A stretch of 64,000 nucleotides of DNA, taken from NCBI GenBank assembly GCA_964016885.1, contig OZ024740.1, positions 322,648,001-322,712,000 of the forward strand. The letters are read 5' to 3'. The position numbers were made by a program, and so were the translations under genes. Of this stretch, positions 12,275-27,343 are shown in pieces. Each line of letters starts with the position of its first letter. Position 1 is the stretch's first letter. The DNA is from Eledone cirrhosa (lineage: Eukaryota). Below the pieces are notes generated by a model that made no database searches, had not been told where the DNA came from, and saw only the letters and a program-made list of their open reading frames with translations.

Positions 12275-14600
12275 CTGTGTGTGTGTATAACTGTGTGTGT
12301 GTGTCTGTGTGTGTAGCTGTGTGTGTAACTGTGTGTGTGTGTGTGTGTGTATGTGTAATAGTGTGTGTGTGTGTAACAGTGTGTGTGTAACTGTCTGTGT
12401 TTGTAACTGTGTGTGTGTGTATAACTGTGTGTGTGTGTGTAACTGTGTGTGTGTGTGTATAACTGTATGTGTGTGTAACTGTGTGTATGTGTAACAGTGT
12501 GTGTGTGTATAACTGTGTGTGTGTGTATGACTGTATGTGTCTGTAACTGTGTGTGTGTGTATAACTGCGTGTGTGTATAACTGTGTGTGTGTGTAACTGT
12601 GTGTGTGTGTATAACTGTATATGTGTATAACTGTGTGTGTGTGTGTAACTGTGTATATGTGTAACAGTGTGTGTGTGTATAACTGTGTGTGTGTGTATAA
12701 CTGTATGTGTGTGTAACTGTGTGTGTGTGTGTAACTGTGTGTGTGTAACTGTGTGTTTGTGTAACTGTGTTTGTGTAACTGTGTGTGTATAACTGTGTGT
12801 GTGTAAAACTATGTGTGTGTGTAACAGTGTATGTGTAACAGTGTGTGTGTGTATAACTGTGTGTGTGTATAACTATGTGTGTGTGTAACAGTGTATGTGT
12901 AACAGTGTGTGTGTGTATAACTGTGTGTGTGTGTATAACTATGTGTGTGTGTAACAGTGTATGTGTAACAGTGTGTGTGTGTATAACTGTGTGTGTGTAT
13001 AACTGTGTATGTGTAACTGTGTGTGTAACTGTATGTGTGTATAACTGTGTGTGTGTGTGTAACAGTGTATGTGTAACAGTGTGTGTGTGTATAACTGTGT
13101 GTGTGTATAACTGTGTATGTGTAACAGTGTGTATGTGTAACAGTGTGTATGTAACAGTGAGTGTGTGTAACTGTGTGTGTGTGTAACTGTGTGTGTGTGT
13201 AACTGTGTGTGTGTGTGTAACTGTATGTGTGTGTAACTATATGTGTGTATAACTGTGTGTGTGTAACTGTGTGAGTGTATAACTGTGTGTGTGTGTATAA
13301 CTGTGTGTGTGTGTAACTGTGTGTGTGTATATAACTGTATGTGTGTGTAACAGTGTGTGTTTGTATAACTGTGTGTGTGTGTAACTGTATATGTGTAACA
13401 GTGTGTGTGTGTATAACTGTGTGTGTGTATAACTGTGTGTGCGTGTAACTATATGTGTGTATAACTGTGTGTGTAACTGTGTGAGTGTATAACTGTGTGT
13501 GTATATAACTGTGTGTGTGTGTAACTGTGTGTGTGTATATAACTGTATGTGTGTGTAACAGTGTGTGTGTGTGTATAACTGTGTGTGTGTGTATAACTGT
13601 GTGTGTGTGTATAACTGTGTGTGTGTGTAACAGTGTATGTGTAACAGTGTATTTGTGTGTAACTGTATGTGTGTGTAACTATATGTGTGTATAACTGTGT
13701 GTGTGTGTAACTGTGTGAGTGTATAACTGTGTGTGTGTATAACTGTGTGTGTGTATAACTGTGTGTGTGTATATAACCGTATGTGTGTGTAACAGTGTGT
13801 GTGTGTGTATAACTGTATGTGTGTATAACTGTGTGTGTGTGTGTGTATAACTGTATGTATAACTGTGTGTGTGTGTGTAACAGTGTATGTGTAACAGTGT
13901 GTGTGTGTGTATAACTGTGTGTGTGTATAACTGTGTGTGTATGTAACTGTGTATGTGTAACAGTGTGTGTGTGTATAACTGTGTGTATAACTGTGTGTGT
14001 GTGTAACAGTGTGTGTGTAACAGTGTGTGTGTGTGTGTATAACTGTGTGTGTGTGTAAATGTGTATGTGTAACAGTGTGTGTGTGTATAACTGTGTGTGT
14101 GTATAACTGTGTGTGTGTGTGTAACTGTGTATGTGTAACAGTGTGTGTGTATAACTGTGTGTGTGTATAACTGTGTGTGTGTAACTGTGTATGTGTAACA
14201 GTGTGTGTGTGTATAACTGTGTGTGTAACAGTGTGTGTGTGTAACTGTGTGTGTGTGTAACTGTGTGAGTGTATAACTGTGTGTGTATAACTGTATGTGT
14301 GTGTAACTGTGTGTGTGTGTGTATAACTGTGTGTGTGTATCACTGTGTGTGTAACTGTGTGTATGTGTAACTGTGTATGTGTGTAACTGTGTGTGTGTGT
14401 AACTGTGTGTATGTGTAACTGTGTGTGTGTATGTGTGTGTAACTATATGTATGTGTAACAGTGTGTATGTGTAACTGTGTATGTGTAACAGTGTGTAACA
14501 GTGTGTGTGTGTAACTGTGTGTATGTGTAACAGTGTGTGTATGTGTGTGTGTAACTGTGTGTGTATAACTATATGTGTGTGTAACAGTGTGTGTGTAACT
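12212..14600. repeat. Compound (GT)n-[AT]AACT satellite, ~2.4 kb
   Basis: Repeated GTGTGT(AT)AACT and GTAACA units. Confidence 0.95.
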
Positions 14601-14903
14601 GGAGGCTTTCATGGTGTGGGGTTTTGTTGTATCTCAGGCAGGGACTATATCAGATACTTCACCTTCGAACTCTTTATTCGTTGCTATATATGTATACGTA
14701 ACACTGTGTGTATGTGTGTGTGTGTGTATGTGTGTATGTGTGTGTATGTGTGTGTAATTATGTGTATATGTGTAACTGCATGTGTGTGTATTTACCCAGA
14801 AATAACAGCCAAGTTTACCTCAATTCACATCAGCTTATCTTTTAAAAACATAACCCATTGGTTAAGGTAGTGTGGGATAGACTATGTGGGAAACCCCTGA
14901 AAT

Positions 14904-15530
14904 GTGTTGGTCACGACTGGAACGTCTTGGGTCATACGTCTTCTCGATCAAGACAGATCTGGAGCTGTGGACTCTTTCGGCCTCCACCCGCTTTCCTGTC
15001 GCCACAGTGCCGGCCGCCTTCCACGCCATGCTGCCCTCAATGAGGTCATAAAGCATGGCTTGGACGCTACAGGCTTCCCTTCCCAGCTCGAGCCAGTGGG
15101 GCTGGACCGAGGGGACGGCAAAAGGGCAGATGGCATGACCATCTTCCCGTTCCGCGGTGGCAAACTCCTCGTCTGGGATGCCACTTGCACCGACACTTTC
15201 TGCAGCCGCAACCTGGTGCAGTCTGCCACTAACCCAAGTTCTGCTGCACGTCGGGCTGAGGAGGCCAGACTCCTCAAATACCGGTCGCTCTCCTACAGGT
15301 TTGCGGTTGTACCCTTGGCAGTGGAGACTTCTGGTGTCCTCGGCCCTAGGGCTACCTCCCTACTCACCACCATAGGCGCTGAGCTCGCCAGCCTCAGTTG
15401 TAAGCCCCGCGAGTTGGAGTGTCTTTTCCAGCGCGTCTCCCTTGCCGTCCTCCGGGGAAACGTCTTCTCTACTCTGACCACCGGGGCTGTAGGGAGACAA
15501 GCCGATTATATTACCAATTCTGTTGAATAG
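14904..15530 (+). mobile_element. 3' fragment of a CRE-clade non-LTR retrotransposon (zinc finger plus restriction-like endonuclease)
   Basis: GLHPLSC...RH..LNEVI...LEPVGL.RGDGKRADG..FPF..GK.LVWDATCTDT...KY...P.AVETSG..G...FQRVSLAVLRGN; GC-rich relative to its flanks. Confidence 0.85.
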
Positions 15531-15628
15531 TCTCAAATACTTCAATACTTTGAGAAATGTAGTTGTTATTGTTGTAGTTGTTGATCAACTGGAGCTACAT
15601 AACAGCAACAATAACAACTACAACACCA

Positions 15629-15668
<40 letters not shown>

Positions 15669-15713
15669 TTACTACTACTACTACTACTGGTACTGCTACT
15701 GCTGCTGCTGCTG

Positions 15714-15779
<66 letters not shown>

Positions 15780-15983
15780 TAACAATAGAAAGATTGAGAA
15801 AAGAAAAATACATTACATTATCATCGAACACTCCTCACACATACATTGGGAAAGTGTCTCCATCGGTTATAGGTCAATCTCTCCTCCTCCTTCTCCACCT
15901 CCTCCCTTCCTCTCAATTTCTTCTTCTTCTTCATCCTCTTGGTAAACCTCTTTACAGTCACACACACATACACACGCAGAGAA

Positions 15984-16069
<86 letters not shown>

Positions 16070-16384
16070 AAAACCAAACAAATCAAAATAAACAACATCA
16101 ACGACAACAAAAACCAAGACTAAAAAAAATTTGCTCTAAATTAGATATTCAGTTGATTGAATCAGGATTGGTAAAGTTTTAAAACTGATTGACTTTGATG
16201 TAGAAACTACCAATCGTTGCAGCTGTATTGGAGATCTTAATATCACAGAACGTCTGCAAGCGTGAAATAAACTAACTCCATGGAGATAAACTGATCGTAT
16301 ATGGCGGAGGAGAGATATAAAAATATGGAGAAGAAGAAAGGAAAAAAATAGCAACTTAATATTTTCGTTAGCATATTTCTAATG

Positions 16385-16575
16385 AAAGATACTATGGGCA
16401 TGTGGTTAGAATGTCTCAGGAAAGCATTGCTGGACTGATTTTATGGGCAAAACCAACCGACAGGAAACCCAGGAGTACACCACGAGCAGCATGGTCGGAT
16501 AACATCCGGATTAGTTGGAGATGGTTGCTGGAAGGAGTGTTTGAGGGCCTCTGCTCCACTACTCTCTTAGGAATA
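16385..16575 (+). pseudogene. RTE LINE 3' remnant (related remnant at ~61870-61950, minus strand)
   Basis: RYYGHVVRMSQESIAGLILWAKPTDRKPRSTPRAAWSDNI matches the RTE GH..RM...G.RPRGRP...W motif. Confidence 0.6.
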
Positions 16576-17329
16576 AGTGACAGAAGAAGAAGAAGAAGAA
16601 GAAGAAGAAGAAGAAGAAGAAGAAGAAGAAGAAAAAGAAGAAGATATTTCTAATGAAAGACACTGCCAACGATTTCGAAATAATTTTGAAAATAATGAAG
16701 AATTTAGAGAGATCTAGTCATATATCTAACTTTCTCATTAAATTGGTGTTTGGAACATAAAGAATTTAAGATAATATTATGTTGCACGTGTTTTAAATAA
16801 ATCTAAACAATTTAATCCTTTCGTTAGCATATTTATTATGAAAAACACAGCCAACGATTTTCAAATAATTTTGAAAATAAAGAATTTTGAGGAATTAAGT
16901 AATACATTTTCTCATTATTAAGTTGATGTTTGGAACATAACATACCGAAGGTTTTTCCATAAACTTTTTAGAAAAATATAAAGTTTCGTATCATAGAATA
17001 ACTTTGCTGCCGTATAATAGTAAAGAGCCCTTGACTTCTGGTGGAGTCGTAGGGGCGCCGTCCTGACAAATGCCATGTGTTGGGCATTCAAAAATCTGAC
17101 TGAGTCCATCCCTCTCCCGGTCGGAACACCACTGATTGCGCGCACAGAGATAAATACATACAGGGGGTGATAAAGATAGATAGAAGATGAATTGACTTCA
17201 ATATTGGCCTTGTACTTTATTTTTTTGACTTCGTAAACGTAACCTCGGCATGATTTGAACACAAAACGCCGTGAGCCGGGGCATTTAATCCGAAATCCAA
17301 AACTCTAAAAAAAGTCTAAAGTCTGTCTC

Positions 17330-17576
17330 GAGGCCGGAGGATTATCAGGCCTGCGCTTATTCCGGTTTCCCTGGACCCCACGCCCCTGGACCACACGCCA
17401 GTCAATCGTAGATTTAACTCTCCCCAGATATTGCCGGTATTCATTTTCAGCTGAGTATACTGGAGTAACGTGAAATGAAATGTTTTGTTCAAGAACACAA
17501 CATACAGCCCAGGAATCGAACCCACGACATTATGATCGTGAGTCCAACATCCTCACCACTAGGCTATGTGCCTTCA
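17330..17576 (-). mobile_element. tRNA-derived CORE-type SINE
   Basis: Minus strand reads TAGCCTAGTGG...GGGTTCGATTCC...TGTGTTCTTGAACAAAACA...ACTCAGCTG. Confidence 0.7.
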
Positions 17577-18236
17577 CACGACATTGAAACGACTCTGCCA
17601 ATTCACTGTTCTCGTATGGCAGAGGGAAAATATATAATATATGGTGGAGAAGGGAAAGAGTTACTTTCATAATAAACCCATAAAAATAAAATGAACACAT
17701 ATGGAAGAAAAATAGAAAAATATGGCGAAGATGGAAAATAAATAACGTGTGGGAACGAACTATGCTACAAACAGAAAGAGATTTTGCAGACTTGGAATAA
17801 TAATTAAATTTATCTATTTCCAAGACTTTGCAATTTTCTTTTTATCAACATCTGAAAACTTATTTCGTAATTAAATTTTCATGGAATTAAATTATTATTA
17901 GTTGGAGACGTATTCGATATTGAAAAATTTGAAGTAAATCTCCGTCAATGGAGCAGGTCAGAGTGAAATTGTTACCAAGATGAGATATAATATAATTATC
18001 TTACCTCAGCCAATATAGGTTACTGTATTCATCGGAATTTACTTGAAATAGAAACCTAGTTTTCCGAAACATAAACCTATTGTGAATTTACAAAATTTTG
18101 CCCCCGATCAATAAATTTATGATAATCACAAAAACTGAGGTCAATTTGAAAATCTAATTCATCGAACCGTATCATCAAACTGCATCGTGTATCATGTTAT
18201 TATCTTAACTGGGGCTATCTTGTGGCATATACTGTA

Positions 18237-18315
<79 letters not shown>

Positions 18316-18491
18316 TGTTCTGTTGGTTTTCACGCATAAGTTGTATCAGTTGTTCGATCTAAGGAACTATATTATCTTCATCGCTATCATCATCATCATC
18401 ACCATCACCATAGTGGTGATGATAGTGATGATAATAAAGGTGGTGGTGGTGGTGGTGGTGATGATGACAATGACGACGAGGATGTTGACAG

Positions 18492-18538
<47 letters not shown>

Positions 18539-18676
18539 GTAATGATAATGATGATGATGATGATGATTATGATAATGCTGATGACAATGATGATGATGAT
18601 GCGACGAATATGTTGTTGTCTAACCAAATTAACAAATAACACTATTATATATATATAATATATATATAATATATAA

Positions 18677-18853
18677 AGGCGGTGGATTGGCAGTATCGGT
18701 AGAGGGCCGCAAAGAGTTACGGCCCTTTCCATTCTGAGTTCAAATCCCGCCTTTCAAGATTAACTTTGCCTTTCATCCTTACGGGGTCGATAAAATAAAG
18801 TACCAGTAATACACTGGGTAACTGCTGGCCTTGTGCCAAAAGTAGAAACAACT
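18677..18853 (+). mobile_element. SINE family A copy
   Basis: Matches the family A consensus. Confidence 0.8.
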
Positions 18854-18883
18854 ATTATATATATCATTATCTATAAAAGGCAG

Positions 18884-18979
<96 letters not shown>

Positions 18980-19303
18980 CAATGTTTATACATTTGCACA
19001 ATTTCAAACCGATTCGACTCAATGTCTGTAAGAAGGTTGTAAATGGTCTAACTTAGGTCAACGACTATTTATTTCATTCAAACTCACCCACAATTACGGA
19101 AATAATCGATAAAACTAAATACATGACGCTTTACCCTCTAATACAATCAGATTACCTCTCTCTACTCCCCTTCATCAGAGAAAGTTGCAGCATGTATGTA
19201 GTTTTATCGAATATAAACATGGAATATGCACACACACACAGCAACAACAATCTGCCTTTTATAGATAATGATGATGATGATGATGATGATTAAACTTACA
19301 AAC

Positions 19304-19341
<38 letters not shown>

Positions 19342-19959
19342 TTTGTTTTTGAATGTGGAACGGTCAAACATTAATTTACTTCAATGACAAAGAGAACTTA
19401 TTACATTTCATACGAAACAACAATTATTCAAAAGCAACATATAAATTTATTCAACAACAAAAAAAATAGCGATAAATCTTTTTTAAAACATCTATCAACG
19501 AACGTGGAAGAAAGAAGTATCAGTTCATTTACTAGACACAATAATATCCTCTATGAGGTCACTAAACCTGCTAGAAACAGCAGCTAACTCTCCCCTCCAT
19601 ATCACACCACTCCCTACTGTCTTAAATTTAGAAAACATATCCTCTATGAGGTCAATAAACCTGCTAGAAACAGCAGCTAACTCTCCCCCATATCACACCC
19701 CTCCCTACTGTCTTAAATTTAGAAAACACACATTAGACAACCATGCAGAACAACTCCATCGCAGCTCTGTTGTTCGGCTGGCATCGTCTACGCGCGTGTT
19801 GCGCAAGTACTGTGAAACAATAAATTTCAACACTTCTTTGCACAGAGATAATATCCATAGACGAAACTACAATTGTCACTGCTGGCGCAGCTCCTGCTTC
19901 GGCAGTCCAGGTCTGCAATTCATTCACCCAGTGCCTGGCAGACAAAAAAGTGGTGCCAT

Positions 19960-20026
19960 AAAATGGGTGGTGCAACCTAACTTTGGTAACTTACTGACCC
20001 CGAGCAACGCCGAGCTTTAATGCTAG
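19960..20026 (+). mobile_element. Helitron-like 3' terminus
   Basis: Subterminal imperfect hairpin CCCGAGCAACGCCGAG followed ~8 nt later by CTAG|T, as in rolling-circle element ends. Confidence 0.55.
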
Positions 20027-20071
20027 TATATATATATATATCTATCTATTATATAACCCCCCCCCCCACAC

Positions 20072-20152
<81 letters not shown>

Positions 20153-20399
20153 ATAGATAACGAGGAATCAGTGATGCATCAAACCCAAATTTATTAACAT
20201 ATGTAATATGTTTCTCCGACGATCAACTCAAGGGAGGATCTATTATAGATCGAACCTAACTCTGCATTCGCAAGGTCCTCAGATATGTTTATCGTTTTCA
20301 AGGCATTTCAACCGATTCAGACGGCATACCCGCCCACGGTATATATTGCCACCTTAAAACAACTATATATATATATATATATAGAAGTGGTTACACAAC

Positions 20400-22101
20400 A
20401 GTTAGTTCACCATACCGAGAACAATTGTTTCACCTTAGCGGATCTTCAGCTCGGGATGGGCATGGTTATAGGAACAGGACGGACAACCGTACGAACGCGC
20501 ATGCGCAGAAACTCGGTCACTTCACACAGGCAATACTAGACTGCGTGCGAGAGGTGTAAGGGAGATAACTGCGAAAGTCCGAAAAGTTTTTAGGTTGAAA
20601 ATAAAATAAAAATACAAAGAATCAGTCCAGAGCTTTGTAGTTATGTAATAGGTGTTTGGCGACGTGTGGACCTCTCGTGTTTAGGCAATCACTATTGCGT
20701 AATCTCTTTAGAATAGTTATTCGTTCGTCAATACATAAGCCACACGTTGGATTTCCCTTTGCGTATGGTTTCGACTTAGTGATGGCTTTCCATTGGATGG
20801 AGTAGTCTGTACTTGAGTCCTTGAGGGACCATACGTGGCTCGCGAGTTTCGTGGATGAACGTCTGTCCGGGTATCTGAAGGTAGACTGGTGGTTCAGGAA
20901 ACGTTCCTTGAATTGGCCTCCGCCATGCTCACATAGGATTTGACCTCCTGTGGTTCGTTTGGTCGGTTGGAAGTGACCACAGCTTCATAGATTACAGCTG
21001 GTGTGTTGCATTGCTGTTGAAGGGGGAAAGCTTCAGGCTTACTGCAAGAGCACCCTGGTGGGGTGTTGCGCCTAGGGGTGCTGGTGATGTGGGCCTTCAT
21101 GTTCTTAGCGCAGGAGTATCCTAGTTTAACTTTGTGTCGGTTAAAGATATGGCGGTATTTATGATCTATGGGGAAGTGTCTATCTAAGAGGGCTAGACAT
21201 TTTTTTCCTACATTGGTTTTTACGTTGAGTGAGAAGGGAGGAGAGAACCAGATAGTTTGTCTATTGCTGCGCTTACTTTTCTTAAAGGTGTTGTTGCTAG
21301 TGGGAGAGTATGTGATAGGTTGTGAGAAGCCGCTGTTAGCCAACGCCGTGTTATAATAGGGTGCCGCCCTGTCAAAGATAGCCTTATTAGAGGAGAGGTT
21401 TGAGATTCTAGTACTGATATTCTTAACGAAGTTTCTAAAAACAGTAGGAGGGTGGCATGAGTCCTTGTGGATGTAATTAAGTTTCTCGTTTAGCTTGTGG
21501 AAGGGCCTGTGGGTGTGTGTGTGCGAAGGTCTAAATTAATGTCTAAGAAATCTACGTTAGAGAGGTTGGTGGCTACTGTTATCCTAAGGCCTAACTCATT
21601 GAAAGTAGAAGCTAAGTCTTTTTTAAACCGGTCGAGGTCGTGACCACTTTTATAGCTCGATAAAGTCAGGCCATCGTCACGGTATATTCCCGTGTGGAAG
21701 TCCGGGAATCTAACACGTAATATGTCTAAGATAAAATGGCCAACCAAGTCGCATACGTCAGCACTGTCAAACGATCCCATGGAGACGTCGAACAGCTCTG
21801 AAGATGTAGACTTCTTTGCCCAGGCTACTCCGTCGTTAAAGAGGAGGGTTTTCCGGCAGTGAGCGATGATTTCCCTGTCTAAACCATCGACGGTGGTATA
21901 AGTGGTAGCGACGTCCAACGCTTTGTTTAACAGGGTCTCTGAGATCGACAGATAAAAACCAACAATGTCGAACTGTGTGAACTTCGCTTTTTTGGATTTG
22001 AAGGAGTTGAACCACTTAATTATGGAGTCGCTGTTCTCCCACTGGGGCAGGTTGGACTTGGTCCTAATGGTCTTAACTATGTTTCTAAGTATGGCCTTAC
22101 T

Positions 22102-22104
<3 letters not shown>
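20400..22104 (-). mobile_element. Penelope-like element 1 (5'-truncated, frameshifted RT plus GIY-YIG)
   Basis: ORF 21490-21918 has FDVSMGSFDSADVCDLVG, GIYRDDGL and VDFLDINLDL. ORF 20894-21343 has IWFSPPFS..VKTNVGK and VIYEAVV...SYV (a degenerate GIY-YIG). Confidence 0.9.
20410..20459 (-). ncRNA. Minimal type I hammerhead ribozyme in the 3' region of PLE 1
   Basis: Minus strand reads CCAUcCCGAG-CUGAAGA-UCC GCUAA GGU-GAAAC AAUU GUU-CUCGGuAUGG, giving a 10-bp helix I with one mismatch and a palindromic helix III (ACAAUUGU). Confidence 0.8.
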
Positions 22105-22146
<42 letters not shown>

Positions 22147-22158
22147 TATGGCCTTACT

Positions 22159-22201
<43 letters not shown>

Positions 22202-22213
22202 TATGGCCTTACT

Positions 22214-22439
<226 letters not shown>

Positions 22440-22502
22440 ATATATATATGTGTATATATGTATATATATATGTATATATGTATATATGTATATATATGTA
22501 TA

Positions 22503-23603
<1,101 letters not shown>

Positions 23604-25939
23604 TTACCGTGCTCCTTTTGTAGAGCATCTCACCTTATTTGCCATTATGTTGGAGAACAACTCGTTACCCATGTCTCTCAAGTGTATCCCCTTACCCAGC
23701 AGAAAAAACCTACCTTAAACTGCTTATAGACGCTACTAATTCGTTTATACGGAGAGTCAGATGGAAGGCCTACCACCTGGATAAGAACACCCGTAACCTT
23801 CCTGAACCCAAAAAGAAGTATGGCTTCAAAACATACCGAAACCCACCGCACAACACCTTACTGGACTCCTTTGAAGAGGACCTGCTGAAAATGATCAAAA
23901 ACGTTAAGCTCAGAAAGAAACACCAATGCAGCAATCCATTCTTAACGTCCCTTGATACACTAATAACTAAGATCAAGAATGACCCGCACCTCTTCATCAC
24001 CTCCGACAAAACCAAAAAGCTGTACAAGATGGACGCGAGTGAGTATAAAAAATTCATCTATAAGGAATTACACTAGACTACAAAAAGACACCCTCTAGTA
24101 CCCTAAATGACATAAATAGAGTAGGGAAGGATATAGTCACCAGCTTAGAAATAGAAAAGTACACTAACCCATATGTCCCTCTGACGCCTAAATTCTCTCT
24201 TAAGGATCACAAATATGACTTTAATGAAAGCCCCTCTATTAGACTAATATGCCCCTCTACATCAGATATAGGTAAGATTAGTAAAGTGATCCTCGACAGA
24301 GTACTACTCGAGCTTAATAGAAAGGCTAAGGTCTGCCTCTGGGGCAACACCGACCAGGTCATAAAATGGTTCACCGAGTTGCCGGATAAAGCCACCCTGA
24401 AATTCATCCAGTTTGATATAGATAGCTACTACGCCTCTATCTCCCCCATACTCTTAAATAAGGCACTTATCTTAGCTAGATCTAACACTAGCCTCACTAA
24501 AAAAGAAATAGACATAATTCTAGCGGCACGTAGAACCATTATCCAGTTTGAAGGCTCCCACTGGACCAGAACTAACCGTCCTGATAACTTCGATGTCACG
24601 ATGGGGTCCAGTGACTCAGCGCAAGCAACTGACCTGGTCGGGATATACCTCCTACATAAGCTTAGGGAAGAAATACCGGCCCTACAAGGAGGTGTATATA
24701 GGGACGACGCCCTGTTTACCGTTAGGAACCATAGTCCCCGTAGGATAGAGAACCTTAACAAACATATACACAGGTTCTTTAAGTCATACGGCTTATCCGT
24801 AACTATGGACCTCAACCACAGGGTTGTCAACTTCCTGGACGTGACCCTGGAGTTGAGTACGGGCTTATACAAGCCATACCATAAGCCTGGAGAGTGCCTC
24901 TCTTATATTAATTATGCCTCCAACCACCCTAAGCAGACTCTCAACTCCATAGTCTATAGTATCTCACATAGAATCTCGAGGCTATCCGCCAATGAGGATA
25001 TCTTCAACCAAGCGGCTGATTACTACAATAGGGCCCTGATAAGCGCCGGCTTTAACCGAGGAATTTCCTACATCCCTAACGCTAGCTCTAGAAACCCTCC
25101 CTCATAAAACTAACGTTATAGTAAGCCATACCTATAACCGATCACGCGGCGACCTCGTTGAAGTCGGATATAATAGAATAGATAACCGCACCAAAGATCA
25201 CGTCCCCGGCGACGGTGAACACTGTAGATTACTCAAACTATTCCCCTATTACAAAACCAACAAAGGCGACGGCCTACTACCAACGCCTTCCAACCAACAT
25301 CTTCGTGTACATAAACATGGAAGAGGTAGAAAGAGTGCACCCGAGCATAAAGTGAAAGGGGCACCGAACGGGCGACTGCGCATTAACACACATAAGAGCG
25401 GTCACTTAGATGGAACCACCCGTAGCAAAAGTACAAGGACACGTAATCACCACCGTAACGTCCTATGGTTCCACCCCCCTACTCTCGGAGTGTGGCCTCC
25501 AACATACCCCGGATGTTCTTCGAAGCCTTAGAGAAGAACTTCCCGCCCAACCATAGGTATAGAAAAATTCTTAATAGGAACAATATAAAAATATCCTTCT
25601 CTACTACTCCTAAACTAGCAGACATCATAGGAACAACGAACCACAGTAAGATCACCAAGACACAGCACCTCGACACAGACGCACCTACACCTGACAATAA
25701 CTATATCGGCCTTAACAACTCCCTGGCAGCATCCAATAGTGTTGGCAACGGCATCCGCAGACGCAACCAGAATAACCGCGAAATGACTGGGGAACATGCA
25801 GAACATGACGTGCGGAATAACAATCGCACCACCCCGCGTGCTGTGGGTTGTAATTGTGCTAACGACAGCTGCGGTAGCGTAGGTAACAACGTAGGCAGCA
25901 ACAATGATAGCCTTACCGTAGGAAATAGACGGAACCGCG

Positions 25940-26928
25940 ACAGAAATTGCAACTGCCGCGACAGAGGACGCTGCCCCCTTAGAGGATACTGCTTGACTGA
26001 TAGGGTTATATATAGATGCACTATTACTAGCCACAATAGCGTTAAACATTATATAGGGGCCACCTCCGGCCCGTTCAAAATTAGGTTTCGAACACATCTC
26101 CACTCTTTCACAAATAGAAAACTAAGGCACTCCACCTCGCTCGCGGACTACATCACATCACTAAAGGACTTAAACATCAGCTTCTCCACGCACTGGGAGA
26201 TTGTTGGCAGGGCTGCACCGTACAACTTCAAGAGGAAATGCGATCTTTGCCTCATGGAGCTCTACCACATCATAACTGCACCCCACGAGCTCATCAACAG
26301 CAGAGCTGAAACAGCGATAAGTTGTACACATCGCTTAAACATATCCTTCTTCAGATGGGTTAAGGATGAAGAGTGAAATAGTACACTGGATCTCCCTGCA
26401 ACAAGTCTTAACACCCCGGCGGGCAGGCGCTGCAAAATAACACCCAGGAAACAATCCTTGCATACCAGACCCAGCCTCAGACAAACGGATGCGGCAAAAA
26501 AAAAAAAAAAAAAAAAAAAATTGTCCGGGAAAGACTGCCCTAACACCGGCCAGAGTTACCTCCCTTGACCTGCTGCAAAATCAAAACAAGATATTTTTGC
26601 GAGCAATGAACCTTGATGTGGATTTAACCCCAAAAACTCTTTCCGAGCAATATAAGGAACACTTGTGATTATTTATGCCCTTGAGAAGCCCAACTGGGCG
26701 AAACGTATGTAGGTGATATTTTAAATAAACATGTTTTAACGGTCTATTCTCCGATTTTTTACTTTCCTACGTGCTTACGCTCTGCTAACTCTCTAGCCCA
26801 CTAAATATTAACACTTCGAATATTTAATACTGCCGGCACTAGTATCGAGCACCTTTGGCATACGCTACTTGGCAAATAACTATATGTATCACCTATCCCC
26901 CCTTTTTTTCTCTTTCTCGATACGTAAA

Positions 26929-26935
<7 letters not shown>
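25940..26935 (+). repeat. 3' pseudo-LTR of PLE 2
   Basis: Direct repeat of 22612-23603. Confidence 0.93.
26674..26719 (+). ncRNA. Minimal hammerhead ribozyme, U3-A8 core variant (pseudo-LTR copy 2)
   Basis: CC-UUGAGAA-GCCC AACU GGGC-GAAAC GUAU GUA-GG. Confidence 0.7.
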
Positions 26936-27018
<83 letters not shown>

Positions 27019-27343
27019 ACGTAAATACATATATGTATACAGACGTACAGTAGTATGTATATATATATACATACATGCACACATATATATACATGTACGT
27101 ATGGATTCACCGAACATTTATTATAATGCTCGGTGTGTTTGTAAACAAACATCCCGTATTAAGCCGTAGTGTCTAGCAACCATCGTTGCTCGTTTGTTCA
27201 ACACTGACAAAGGAACGCTGTACTAGTTTATCCGTTTATCGTTTTCGGTGCACCCGGCCGATTAACCCACTCGATATGCAAATTGGGCTACTCAGCCGTT
27301 AATATGCATAAGGAAAGTATATACTTTCAGACGTTCAATCATC

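Noticed and set aside
20190-20290. Minus-strand CUGAGGA...GAAACAUAU-UAC-AUAUGUU before AAUAAA as an extended hammerhead
   Set aside because: Helix III is plausible, but helix I does not pair and helix II closure is out of register.
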